From an uncultured bacterium (GTDB taxonomy: Bacteria; Pseudomonadota; Gammaproteobacteria; Burkholderiales; SG8-39): a stretch of DNA of 64,000 nt. The stretch's first letter is position 1, and each line of letters begins with the position of its first letter. The stretch is from the NCBI GenBank assembly GCA_965233195.1, contig CBDDSB010000013.1, forward strand, positions 2,964-66,963. The letters run 5' to 3'. The notes below the pieces were generated by a model. It was not told the DNA's origin, searched no databases, and saw only the letters and a list, made by a program, of their open reading frames with translations. Made by a program: the position numbers and the translations under genes. Shown one piece after another: positions 27,050 through 37,423 of the stretch.

Positions 27050-29208
27050 GCCGGGCGCGGCCGCAGCGCAACGGACAGCAGGTAATAGGCGGTCGCCACC
27101 AGCAGCAGGTGGTTGAAGCCGAGCACGAGCGACAGATGCTCGCTCAGGCCACCGAGGATGATGCCGGCGACGTTCCAGCCGAAATCGACGTCGGGCTGCC
27201 GGCTCTCGCGGAACACGGTGGCGAAGATCACACCGGCGAAGAACACCGGCACGAAGACCACCAGGCACGAGGCGACGGTGCGCTCGAGCGGCGCCAGGGA
27301 CAGAAACAGGTTCATCGGCACCAGCGCATTGACGAGCAAAGCGGCCACCAGCAGCAGGTAATAGGGCGCCAGGCGCCCGGGCTTCGCCTTGATGACGTAG
27401 AGGTTCGCGCACAGGATCATCACCAGGATGGCGAAGAACACGATCGAATTGACGATCCAGGTGCTGCCGAAGAGCAGCGCCATGTGCACCACGCCCTTGG
27501 TCTCGAGCAGCATGAAGCCGGCGCCGAGGAAGAACATCTGCCAGTTCGGCCGCACGCGGCCCGGCGGCGCGAAGGCGAGCAGGATGGCGAGCGAGAGCAG
27601 CGCGATCACGAGCATGCCCTGGCCGATGGGCGCCCAGGGAATCGCCCGCTCCCGGAGATAGAGCTGCGGCCAGTCGTCGCTCGGCAGCCGGTCGATGCCG
27701 GCCAGATCGAGGCGCGCCGGCGCGCTGCGGAACCAGCCTTCGCTCGCCGGCGCGGCGGTCCTGAAGGCGTTGATCGCTTCGTTCATCGGCGGCTTGGGAT
27801 TGAGCCAGAAGCTCTCACCCTTCGCGAATCGCGCGCGGATCGCCTCCAGGCGCTTGGAATCGCTGCTGACGAGCAGGAAGGTGATGTGGCCGAACTGGTT
27901 GTCGCCGGGCTGGATGGTGTCGCGCTGCGGCAGCGAGATCACCAGCGGCTTCTCGCCGAACACCTCTTCGGCCATTTTTGCCAGCCGGCCGACCACCCAG
28001 CCCTGGCGATAGAAGTTGTACATCGCAAACACGCCGTCGGGCTTGAGCGTGCGCTTGACGTCCTGCAGCGCCTCGGGCGTGAACAGGAAGTTCTCCAGGC
28101 GCAGGCTGGAGTAGCCGGAATGCAGCACCAGCGAGTCGACCAGAGCGTAGACCGCGAGATCGTATTTCCGGTCGGTATTGCGCGCGAAGCTGCGACCGTC
28201 GTCGAGGTGGACGGACACCCGCGGGTCGGAATAGGGCTGGTCCGGATGCGCGCGCCGGCCGATCGCGTTGATGCGCGGGTCGATTTCGACCGCGTCGATG
28301 TGCTTCACGCCGCTGCGCAGCGCGCCGGCGACGTCGTTGCCGCTGCCCGCGCCGATGATCATCACGTCCTCGAACGGCTTGCCGCCGGCATCGCGGTTGA
28401 GCAGGTGCGGCAGGACATAGGCCACGCCGTTGTGCTCGATTTTGAGCATCTGCTGGTGGCCGATGTCGTTGGTGGCGATCTGGCCAAATGCCGGCGTGTA
28501 GGCGACCTTGTAGTAAGGCGACCAGGACACCTCCCCGTTGACGATCAGGCCATGCGAGCCGATGGCGACGAGCGTGAACACGGTGCCTGCGGCGGCGAGC
28601 TGCACCGGCTTGCGCCAGCCCGCGAAGTGCAGCATCAGCAGCACGATGGGGACGAACCAGACCGTCGGCGGCAGCTGGAGATAGCTCATCGCCGCGAAGG
28701 CGGCGATGCCGCTCAGGCTGCCGCAGATGTCCACGGTATAGGCGGCGACGCGGTCGGGAATCGCATCGAAGGCACGGCCCATTACCTGCCCGAGGCCGAC
28801 GAAGGGGAGGGCAATGAGCGCGAAGAACACGCCGCCCACCGCCCACATCGGGATGACCCAGCGGCTCGGATCGGCCGGCCGGTACTCGGTGCCGAAATAA
28901 ATCAACCCCGGCGATGTGCCCTGGTCGCCCAGGCCGATGGAGACGCTGTCCGCCCATTGCCAGTAGAGCAGGTGGGTGACGATGGCGGCTGCGCAGGCGA
29001 GCATCGCCACCGGCAGCGCCGCGGGCACGAAATTCCGCGGGCCACGCGCCGACAGCAGGCCGACGCTCATGCCGAGGAAGCTGGCGAGCAGGACGATGTT
29101 GGTGAAGAAGGTGAGGAATACCACCGTCGCGCCGAACCAGCGGATCGCCGCCAGTTCGAAAAACAGAATCAAAAAGCTGACGAGGAAAAGATCGCGCCGT
29201 GCGCTCAT
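27046..29208 (-). CDS. polytopic membrane protein with embedded spermidine-synthase-like domain (paralog of 20662..23016)
   Basis: ATG 29208 overlaps the galE stop (ATGA). N-terminal TM bundle. 'VMIIGAGSGNDVAGALRSGVKHIDAVEIDPRINAIGRR...VHLDDGRSFARNT...YDLAVYALVDS'. C-terminal TM bundle. Confidence 0.75.
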   Translation of the reverse strand: MSARRDLFLVSFLILFFELAAIRWFGATVVFLTFFTNIVLLASFLGMSVGLLSARGPRNFVPAALPVAMLACAAAIVTHLLYWQWADSVSIGLGDQGTSPGLIYFGTEYRPADPSRWVIPMWAVGGVFFALIALPFVGLGQVMGRAFDAIPDRVAAYTVDICGSLSGIAAFAAMSYLQLPPTVWFVPIVLLMLHFAGWRKPVQLAAAGTVFTLVAIGSHGLIVNGEVSWSPYYKVAYTPAFGQIATNDIGHQQMLKIEHNGVAYVLPHLLNRDAGGKPFEDVMIIGAGSGNDVAGALRSGVKHIDAVEIDPRINAIGRRAHPDQPYSDPRVSVHLDDGRSFARNTDRKYDLAVYALVDSLVLHSGYSSLRLENFLFTPEALQDVKRTLKPDGVFAMYNFYRQGWVVGRLAKMAEEVFGEKPLVISLPQRDTIQPGDNQFGHITFLLVSSDSKRLEAIRARFAKGESFWLNPKPPMNEAINAFRTAAPASEGWFRSAPARLDLAGIDRLPSDDWPQLYLRERAIPWAPIGQGMLVIALLSLAILLAFAPPGRVRPNWQMFFLGAGFMLLETKGVVHMALLFGSTWIVNSIVFFAILVMILCANLYVIKAKPGRLAPYYLLLVAALLVNALVPMNLFLSLAPLERTVASCLVVFVPVFFAGVIFATVFRESRQPDVDFGWNVAGIILGGLSEHLSLVLGFNHLLLVATAYYLLSVALRPRPA

Positions 29209-30175
29209 CGCACGCGGCGCTGCTCGTAGTTCCAGGCGTCGCGCACGATGCCGTCGATATCGGCGCGCGCCGGCTGCCAGCCGAGCACCTGCCGCGCTTT
29301 GCTCGCATCCGCCACGAGGGACGGCGGATCTCCCGCTCTGCGTTCAGCCTGGACCATTTTTATTGTCTTTCCTGTGACGCGGCGCGCGGCCTCGATGACC
29401 TCGAGCACGGTAGCGCCGTCGCCGTTGCCGAGATTAAAGCATTCATAGCGTCCGCCCTTCGCCAGCCAGTCGAGCGCCAGCAGGTGGGCGACGCACAGGT
29501 CGCTGACATGGATGTAGTCGCGCACGCAAGTGCCGTCGCGCGTTGGCCAGTCGTTGCCGAATACCGAGATCGACGCTCGGCGCCCCGCTGCCGCCTGCAA
29601 CACGAGCGGGATGAGGTGGGTCTCCGGATCGTGCCGCTCGCCGAGCTCGCCGCCGGGATCGGCGCCCGCGGCGTTGAAGTATCTCAGCACCACCGCGCCG
29701 ATCCCGTAGGCGCTGCTGCACTCGGCGAGCATGCGCTCGATGGCGAGCTTGCTCGAGCCGTAGGGATTGACCGGCTGCGTGGGGTGCGCTTCGTCGATGG
29801 GCGTGCGCACGGGATCGCCGTACACCGCCGCCGTCGATGAAAACACCAGCCGCGTCACCTTCGCCTCGCGCATCGCTTCCACCAGCCCCACCGTGCCCCC
29901 CACGTTGCGCCGGTAGTACTTGAGCGGGTCGGCGACCGATTCGCCCACCAGGCTGCAGGCGGCGAAATGCACCACGGCCTCGATGCCGTTCTGCGCCAGA
30001 AGATTCTTGGTGGAGGCGACATCGGTGAGGTCGCCACGCACGAGCTTTGCACCGCGCACGGCCTCGGCGTGCCCGGTGGAGAGGTCGTCGAGGACCGTGA
30101 CCTCCGCCCCGCGCTCGACGAGCAGCTTCACCATGTGCGAGCCGATGTAGCCCGCACCGCCGGTGACAAGCGCCC

Positions 30176-30179
<4 letters not shown>
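29205..30179 (-). CDS. galE: UDP-glucose 4-epimerase
   Basis: 'MRALVTGGAGYIGSHMV', 'FSSTAAVYG', 'NPYGSSKLAIE' (YxxxK), 'RYFNAAGA'. Confidence 0.9.
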
Positions 30180-31404
<1,225 letters not shown>

Positions 31405-31408
<4 letters not shown>

Positions 31409-32142
31409 GCAGAGGCTAGCGCCGTCTCGCCGCCTCTGGCGGCGATCGCCTCATTGTGTTCGTCCTGGACGACCTTGCCGTCGCGGAACACCAGGATGCG
31501 CCGGGCGAAGCGCGCGACGTCGGCCTCGTGGGTCACCAGCACCACCGTCATGCCCTGCCGGTTGAGCTCCTGGAACAGCGCCATGATCTCCAGGCTGGTC
31601 TTGGAGTCGAGCGCGCCGGTGGGCTCGTCGGCGAGGATGAGGAGCGGCTCGGTGACCAGCGCCCGCGCGATCGCCACGCGCTGCTGCTGGCCGCCGGAGA
31701 GCTGCGCGGGGTGGTGGTCGGTGCGCTCGCCCAGCCCGACGCGCTTCAGCATCGCCATCGCCCGGCTTTTTCTTTCGGGGCCGGAAACCCCGGCGTACAC
31801 CAGCGGCAGCGCGACGTTCTCGAGCGCGGGGGTGCGCGCGAGCAGGTAGAACTGCTGGAACACGAAGCCGATGTGCTTGTTGCGCACCACGGCCAGCTCA
31901 TCGCCCGCGAGCTCGGAAACCCGTTTTTCCCGGAGCACATACTCACCGCTCGTCGGCCGATCCAGGCAGCCGAGCAAATTCATGAACGTGGACTTGCCGG
32001 AGCCTGAGGCGCCCATCACGGCGACGAACTCGCCCTCGTCGATGTCGACGCTCACGCCGTCGAGCGCGTGCACCTCGAAATAGGTGGCACCGCGTTCACC
32101 CATGCGATACGTCTTCACCAGCTCCCGCGTGTGGATCAGCAT
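31405..32142 (-). CDS. ABC transporter ATP-binding protein (MacB/LolD-type)
   Basis: Walker A 'GASGSGKST', signature 'LSGGQQQRVAIARAL', Walker B 'LILADEPTGALD'. Confidence 0.92.
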
Positions 32143-33692
32143 CAGAAGAAGCGGCCGCGCGGCAGGCCGCCGCCCGGGGCGCCGGGGGCGCCGGCGCGCG
32201 CATCGGCGGTGCCGATGATCACCTCGGCGCCTTCGGCGAGCCCGCTCGCCACCTCGGTCGAGGTGCCATCGGTCAGCCCGAGGCGCACGTCCACTGCCTT
32301 GGGCTGCGAATTCTCCAGGACGTAGAGACGCCCCGCGGCCGACGGCCCGCGGCTGCCGGATTCGGCCAGCAGGCGCTCCCAGGCCGGACGCTGCTCGGGC
32401 GTGAGGAGGTCCGCGATGCGCGCGTTGGTCTCGGCGCGAATCTTCTCGGCTTCGCGGCGGCGCTCGCCGTCGCCCTTCATGTCGCGCACCCGCGCGAACT
32501 TCTGCCGCGAGTCGTTGAAGATTTCGTCGATCTGCATGCGCTGTGCATCGCTCGGCTTGAGATCGCTGGCGATGCGCGTCCGGAACTGCTGCACCGCCGC
32601 GCCGCCAGCCTGCTGGGCAGGTGCATCGCCGTTTTTCGGGTTTTCAGGTGACGAACCGGCAGGTCGCCAGCGCAATGCCGCATTCGGCACTTTCAGCGCG
32701 TTGTCGCGGCTGTCCACGGCGATGCGCACGTTGGCGGTCATTCCCGGCAGCAGCGCCATGTCGGGATTCGCCGCCGAGATCACCACGGTATAGCTCACCA
32801 CGTTCTGCACGTTGAGCGGCGACTTGCGGATCTGCCGGATTTCGCCATTGAAGCCGCGCCGCGGAAAGGCGTCCACCGCGAAGCTCGCCGCCATGCCCGC
32901 GCGCAGGCGGCCGACGTCGGCCTCGTCGATCGCCGCCTCGACCTGCATGTCGCGCAGATCCTGCGCGATGGTGAAGAGGACCGGCGCCTGCAGGCTCGCC
33001 GCCACGGTCTGGCCCGCGTCCACGTTGCGCAGGATCACGGTGCCGTCAACCGGCGCGCGGATCACCGTGCGCTCGAGATCCACCTGCGCCTGCTTGAGCA
33101 GGGACTCGCGCTGCTTGACCGCAGCCTGCGCGCTAGAGATCTGCGCAAAGCTCACCTTGAGCTGCGCCTCGACCGCTTTGAGCTGCTCGCGCGTGCTGTC
33201 GACAAGGCTGCGCGCCTTGTCGAGCTCTACGCCCGAGATGTAGTTCTTGTCCACCAGCGCCTTCTTGCGCTCGAGGTCGCGCTGCGCCTCGGCGAGGATC
33301 ACTTTCACGCGGCCGAGTTCGGCCTGCGCCGCGGCCTGGTTGGAGCGCGCCACCGCGACCGCGCTTTGCGCGGAGTCCATGTCGGCGCGCGCCTGGTTCA
33401 CGCGCAGCTCGAAGGTCGACGGATCGATGCGCGCGATCACCTGGTCCTTCTTCACCGCGGTATTGAAGTCGGCGTAGATGTTCTGTACCTGGCCGGAGAT
33501 CTGCGAGCCGACCTGCACCGTGGTCGTGGCATTCAGCGTGCCGCTCGCGACGACCACCGCGGCGATCGGGCCGCGCTCGACCTTGGCGGTGCGATAGCGC
33601 ACCTCGCCCTCGCCGCTGCGGCTGTCATACCAAAACCAGCCGCCCGCGGCGAGCACCGCGAGGACGAGGACGATGAGTGCGGCGCGTTTCAT
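32142..33692 (-). CDS. HlyD/MacA-family periplasmic adaptor with a helical insertion of about 110 aa
   Basis: N-terminal TM. Lipoyl/hairpin/barrel pattern ('VIARIDPSTFE', coiled coil, 'IRAPVDGTVI'). The insertion covers residues about 343-454. The start overlaps the soxB stop (ATGA). Confidence 0.85.
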   Translation of the reverse strand: MKRAALIVLVLAVLAAGGWFWYDSRSGEGEVRYRTAKVERGPIAAVVVASGTLNATTTVQVGSQISGQVQNIYADFNTAVKKDQVIARIDPSTFELRVNQARADMDSAQSAVAVARSNQAAAQAELGRVKVILAEAQRDLERKKALVDKNYISGVELDKARSLVDSTREQLKAVEAQLKVSFAQISSAQAAVKQRESLLKQAQVDLERTVIRAPVDGTVILRNVDAGQTVAASLQAPVLFTIAQDLRDMQVEAAIDEADVGRLRAGMAASFAVDAFPRRGFNGEIRQIRKSPLNVQNVVSYTVVISAANPDMALLPGMTANVRIAVDSRDNALKVPNAALRWRPAGSSPENPKNGDAPAQQAGGAAVQQFRTRIASDLKPSDAQRMQIDEIFNDSRQKFARVRDMKGDGERRREAEKIRAETNARIADLLTPEQRPAWERLLAESGSRGPSAAGRLYVLENSQPKAVDVRLGLTDGTSTEVASGLAEGAEVIIGTADARAGAPGAPGGGLPRGRFF

Positions 33693-35314
33693 TCCAGTCC
33701 GGGATTATCCTTAACGCCGATGAAGCGGGGGCGGCTCGCGGCCAGCGGCGGCACGGACTTCACCGCGCGCAGGTGCCGGCTCAGCACCTCCCAGATCGGC
33801 TCACCCGTTATACCTTCTCCCACTGGCGCCCACCCCGCGACTTTGTAACGCTTTGTTCCCTCGAGCGGCTCGCCTTTCACTCTCAAGTCCGAGATCCTGC
33901 TTCCCATCCGGGCTCCCGGCGCCAAGGCATAGCTCAGGCCGGCGACGCGCACCATGTCGCCGCCCTGCTGCAGGTAGGGATCCGGGTTGAACACGTTGTC
34001 GGCGATGTCTTCGAGGATGCCCTTGATCGCCGCGCCGCTGAGCTCGTTCACCGTGGTCTGCGGGTAGGTGATCGCCGTCTGGTCCATCACGTGCTCGAGT
34101 GTGATCGCATCGCCAGGCAGCAACGTGGTGCCCCAGCGAAAGCCCGGCGAGAACGCGATCTGCGCGTCCCGCGCCTGCAGCAATGCCTGCAGGATGAGCT
34201 CGTCGAAGGAGCCGTTGAAGTTGCCGCGGCGGTAGAGCAGGCCTTCCGTGGTCGCGAGTTTTCCTTCAAGTTTTTCTCTATAGGGCGCACGCGCGGCCTC
34301 GACGTAGGACGCCATCTCCCTGTCCGCGTCGAGCAGCCGCGAAAATATCGGCAGCAACCGGTAACGAAGATCGGTGACGCCCGAAGCGCCCACCTGCAGG
34401 TCGAGCACGGCGAGGAACTTGCCGTTCGAGCCGGCATTGGTGACCAGCGTCTTGCCCACGCGCACCGGCCGCGGCACCGCGTCGTGCGTGTGGCCGCCGA
34501 GGATCGCGTCCAGGCCGCGCACGCGGCCGGCGAGCTTCAAATCCACGTCCATGCCGTTGTGCGACAGCAGCACCACGGCCTTCGCGCCTTTGGCACGCAC
34601 CTCATCTACAAACTTTTGCAGCCGACCCTCTTGGATCCCGAACGTCCAGTCGGGAACGAAATGCCGCGGATTGGCGATCGGCGTGTACGGGAAGGCCTGG
34701 CCGATGATCGCCACCGGCACGCCGTTGATCGGGCGCAGCGCATAGGCGTCGAACACCGGGTCCTCGAAATCGGCGGTGCGTACGTTCTGCGCGAGCATCT
34801 TGACCGGGGAGGCCTGGATCGGCTGCTGCCCATAGGTGAATTCCCAGTGCGCCGTCATGTAGTCGACGCCGAGGCGGCGTTGCGCGCCCCGCATATCCTC
34901 GCCCTTGGTCCATAGCGCAGTCGCGGAGCCCTGCCAGCTATCGCCGCCGTCGAGCAGCAGCGCATGCGGCCGCGATGCGCGCAGCCGCTTCACCAGCGTG
35001 GCGAGGTGCGCGAAGCCGCCGACCTTGCCGTAGCGCCGCGCGAGTGCCTCGAAGTCGAGGCGCGTGCAGGCATACGCGAGCGCGCTGCCTTTCTGGAGGC
35101 CGTACTTCTTGAGCGCGCGTTCGCCCACCGGCTCGCGAAAGTAGACCGGCAAAAGCTGGGCGTGGGTATCGGTGATGTGGAGCAGCGAGACGTTGCCAAA
35201 TGGCGGCACGTCGTAAAGATCGGCGGCGGCTTGCGCCTCGCTAAGTCGGGGACGGAGCCCTGACCCCGCCGCGGCGGCGATCGCTAGTAGCTGAAGAAAT
35301 TCGCGCCGTTGAAT
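33689..35314 (-). CDS. soxB: thiosulfohydrolase SoxB (probable ATT start; first canonical start is GTG 35209)
   Basis: Metallophosphoesterase motif 'SLLHITDTHAQL' and 'DGGDSWQGS', with a 5'-nucleotidase-like C-terminus. A twin-arginine signal ('QRREFLQLLAIAAAAGSG') is encoded in frame upstream of GTG 35209 and downstream of an in-frame TAA. Confidence 0.88.
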   Translation of the reverse strand: MQRREFLQLLAIAAAAGSGLRPRLSEAQAAADLYDVPPFGNVSLLHITDTHAQLLPVYFREPVGERALKKYGLQKGSALAYACTRLDFEALARRYGKVGGFAHLATLVKRLRASRPHALLLDGGDSWQGSATALWTKGEDMRGAQRRLGVDYMTAHWEFTYGQQPIQASPVKMLAQNVRTADFEDPVFDAYALRPINGVPVAIIGQAFPYTPIANPRHFVPDWTFGIQEGRLQKFVDEVRAKGAKAVVLLSHNGMDVDLKLAGRVRGLDAILGGHTHDAVPRPVRVGKTLVTNAGSNGKFLAVLDLQVGASGVTDLRYRLLPIFSRLLDADREMASYVEAARAPYREKLEGKLATTEGLLYRRGNFNGSFDELILQALLQARDAQIAFSPGFRWGTTLLPGDAITLEHVMDQTAITYPQTTVNELSGAAIKGILEDIADNVFNPDPYLQQGGDMVRVAGLSYALAPGARMGSRISDLRVKGEPLEGTKRYKVAGWAPVGEGITGEPIWEVLSRHLRAVKSVPPLAASRPRFIGVKDNPGLE

Positions 35315-35316
35315 GG

Positions 35317-35901
35317 CTACTTATTGACCGGTGACGCAGGATCCAGCAGCAGGCCGACGAGGTCCTTGATCTGCTCGGGGGTGAGGGTGCCGGTGTGGCC
35401 AAGCCGCGGCATCTGCGAGCACAGGTTGTACGCCTTGGCGTTGTAGATCTTGCCGTAGACGTAGCGCTGCATCTCGGGGCCGCTGCCGCGCATCCAGCCG
35501 AATTTCAGCAGGCTGGGGCCGAGCGTGCCGTGCGAGCTCTCCTGCGGCGAGATCTGGTGGCAGTTGTAGCAGCTGCCGCCGCCGGTTGACCCTGCGGGGT
35601 CGGTCCATTGCAGCCCGCGACCGTTCTGCGCGATGCGCTCGCCGTTCTTCCAGTCGCCGATCAGGTTGCCGGCCGGGAAGGCGATGGTCTTCATCTGGTC
35701 GGCTTCCAGCTGCCTCGCCACGTCGCCCGGCGGGCGGTCGTTGGTGTCGGTGCACAAGCGCTGCAGCCCGTCCTGCACCACGCGGTCCATCGTCGCCTGG
35801 CCGCGCGCCTGGAAGTCGCGTTGCAGGACTTTCTGGACGTCTTGGGCCAGTACTGCTGTGCAAAAAATCGAACAAATGGCAAAAGCCAGGGCGCTCCTCA
35901 T
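35317..35901 (-). CDS. soxX: SoxX, monoheme cytochrome c subunit of SoxAX
   Basis: Signal peptide 'MRSALAFAICSIFCTAVLAQD'. Heme motif 'CYNCH'. The start overlaps the soxA stop (ATGA). Confidence 0.8.
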   Translation of the reverse strand: MRSALAFAICSIFCTAVLAQDVQKVLQRDFQARGQATMDRVVQDGLQRLCTDTNDRPPGDVARQLEADQMKTIAFPAGNLIGDWKNGERIAQNGRGLQWTDPAGSTGGGSCYNCHQISPQESSHGTLGPSLLKFGWMRGSGPEMQRYVYGKIYNAKAYNLCSQMPRLGHTGTLTPEQIKDLVGLLLDPASPVNK

Positions 35902-36695
35902 CGCTTGGTCCCCGGGCCGCGGTAGGGCTCGCCGGCGGCGGTGACGGTGAGGAAGGTGTTCAGCGCGATGGTGGCGTCCGAAGCGAACTTCGGCTCCGGG
36001 TAGCGCATCTGCCGGAAGCAGTCGTTGATGCGCCACTGCATGGTCTTGAACTGGCTGTTCGACACGCGGTAGGCGGGCCAGGTCGCCATGATCGGCCGAG
36101 CGAACTCGCGCTTGGACAGCACCGGCAGCTCCTGCATGCGGATGCGCTTGTTTTCCTCGCCGTGGCAGCTGGCGCACGACATGTCCCACCCGCCCGCGCG
36201 ATGGAAGAACAGCGCCTTGCCGAGCTCGTAGGCCTCTTTCTCCTTCGGGTGCGAGTTGCCGGCGGCGAGCTTGACCCCGCGCGACTGGCTGGCGACGTAA
36301 GCCGAGAGGTATTCCATTTCCGAGGGCTGGTTCTCGTTGCCGAACACCCGCTTGGTGGCGTCCTCGCGGCTGCGGCCCTGCAGCGTCGTCATGCAATGCA
36401 GCAGGCGCGTTTCCAGGTCCATCACCCGGTCGGCGTCCTTGAAGTAGCGCGGCAGGCGCGCATAGGCGCCTTTGACGACGCCGGCGCCTTGGCCGAGGTC
36501 GCATTTCTCGAGCGAAACGTTCTGCGGGCCCTGCGGTTTCTTCCAGAGCGCTTCGCCTTCGAGCTCGAACAGCTCCACGGGCGAGCCGTCGGCGATCATC
36601 TGCTGGTACTTCTGGATTTCTTTCTTGGTGTCCTGAGCGAGGACCGGGCTCGCGACCAACCCGAGAACGAGCAGGGTTGCGAAAAACCTGTTCAC
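35898..36695 (-). CDS. soxA: SoxA cytochrome c (single CxxCH form)
   Basis: Signal peptide. One heme motif 'CASCH'. Conserved 'WRINDCFRQMR' region with the Cys ligand. GTG 36695 overlaps the soxZ stop (GTGA). Confidence 0.85.
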   Translation of the reverse strand: MNRFFATLLVLGLVASPVLAQDTKKEIQKYQQMIADGSPVELFELEGEALWKKPQGPQNVSLEKCDLGQGAGVVKGAYARLPRYFKDADRVMDLETRLLHCMTTLQGRSREDATKRVFGNENQPSEMEYLSAYVASQSRGVKLAAGNSHPKEKEAYELGKALFFHRAGGWDMSCASCHGEENKRIRMQELPVLSKREFARPIMATWPAYRVSNSQFKTMQWRINDCFRQMRYPEPKFASDATIALNTFLTVTAAGEPYRGPGTKR

Positions 36696-36985
36696 GCGAC
36701 GGCGGTTTCGATCTTGTTGGTCTCGCCCTTGTTGTCGAGCCAGCTGACTTCGATCTTGTCGCCCTTGGCACCGCCCTTCAGCCGGAAGGAGAACACCGGG
36801 TTGCGCGACACCGCCTGGCTGATCTCGGCCTCGACCACCGCCTTGCCGTTCTGCTTCACCGTGATGTTCTGGATGAAATGCAGCGCCTGGCCGCTCTGCG
36901 CGGTGGTCATCGGGTGGGTCATGAGCACGCGCACTTCCGTGAATCCGCCCGCGATGCTGGCCCGCATCTTCATTGGTCCCGCCAT
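36692..36985 (-). CDS. soxZ: thiosulfate oxidation carrier complex protein SoxZ
   Basis: 97 aa, containing 'TEVRVLMTHPMTT' and 'HFIQNITVKQNGKAVVEAEISQAVSRNPVFSF'. Confidence 0.85.
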   Translation of the reverse strand: MAGPMKMRASIAGGFTEVRVLMTHPMTTAQSGQALHFIQNITVKQNGKAVVEAEISQAVSRNPVFSFRLKGGAKGDKIEVSWLDNKGETNKIETAVA

Positions 36986-36986
36986 G

Positions 36987-37418
36987 TCAGCCTCCGCACC
37001 CGCCGATAGTGACCTTGATCTCGCGCGTGGCGACGTACTGGCGCCCGCCCGCGACCGCGACCACGCGCACGTCGGAGGTCTCGCCCATCTTCACGTTGAG
37101 CTTGACGAAGGGCAGGGCGCCCTCCCTGAAATCGAACTTGCCGGCGAGCGGGAACGGGTTCTTCTCGATCACCACCGCAATCGAGGTGGTGCCCGGAATG
37201 TTGGAGGAGATCTCGATCGGCACCACCGCGCCGTTCTCGGCGATCTGCGGCGCTTCGATCATGATGTCCTTGCTCGGCGCGGCGGCGGAGGCGCCGATGT
37301 TTTTCAGCGCGTCGGCGGCGGTCTTCGCGCCGAAGGCCTGCTCGTTCCAGGCGGCGAGGACGGTGAGCGGCTTGGCGAGGAGCAAGCCGAGAAACGCGAG
37401 CAGCGATCTTCTCGTCAT
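36987..37418 (-). CDS. soxY: thiosulfate oxidation carrier protein SoxY
   Basis: Tat-like N-terminus 'MTRRSLLAFLG'. Diagnostic C-terminal 'VTIGGCGG'. Confidence 0.9.
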   Translation of the reverse strand: MTRRSLLAFLGLLLAKPLTVLAAWNEQAFGAKTAADALKNIGASAAAPSKDIMIEAPQIAENGAVVPIEISSNIPGTTSIAVVIEKNPFPLAGKFDFREGALPFVKLNVKMGETSDVRVVAVAGGRQYVATREIKVTIGGCGG

Positions 37419-37423
37419 GGGCG

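Noticed and set aside
35312-35323. SoxX-SoxB fusion by programmed frameshift as an alternative explanation for the missing soxB start codon.
   Set aside because: I saw no slippery heptamer or downstream structure at the soxX stop (CCG GTC AAT AAG TAG). A Tat signal in the middle of a fusion protein would make no sense. ATT initiation or a base-call error is simpler.
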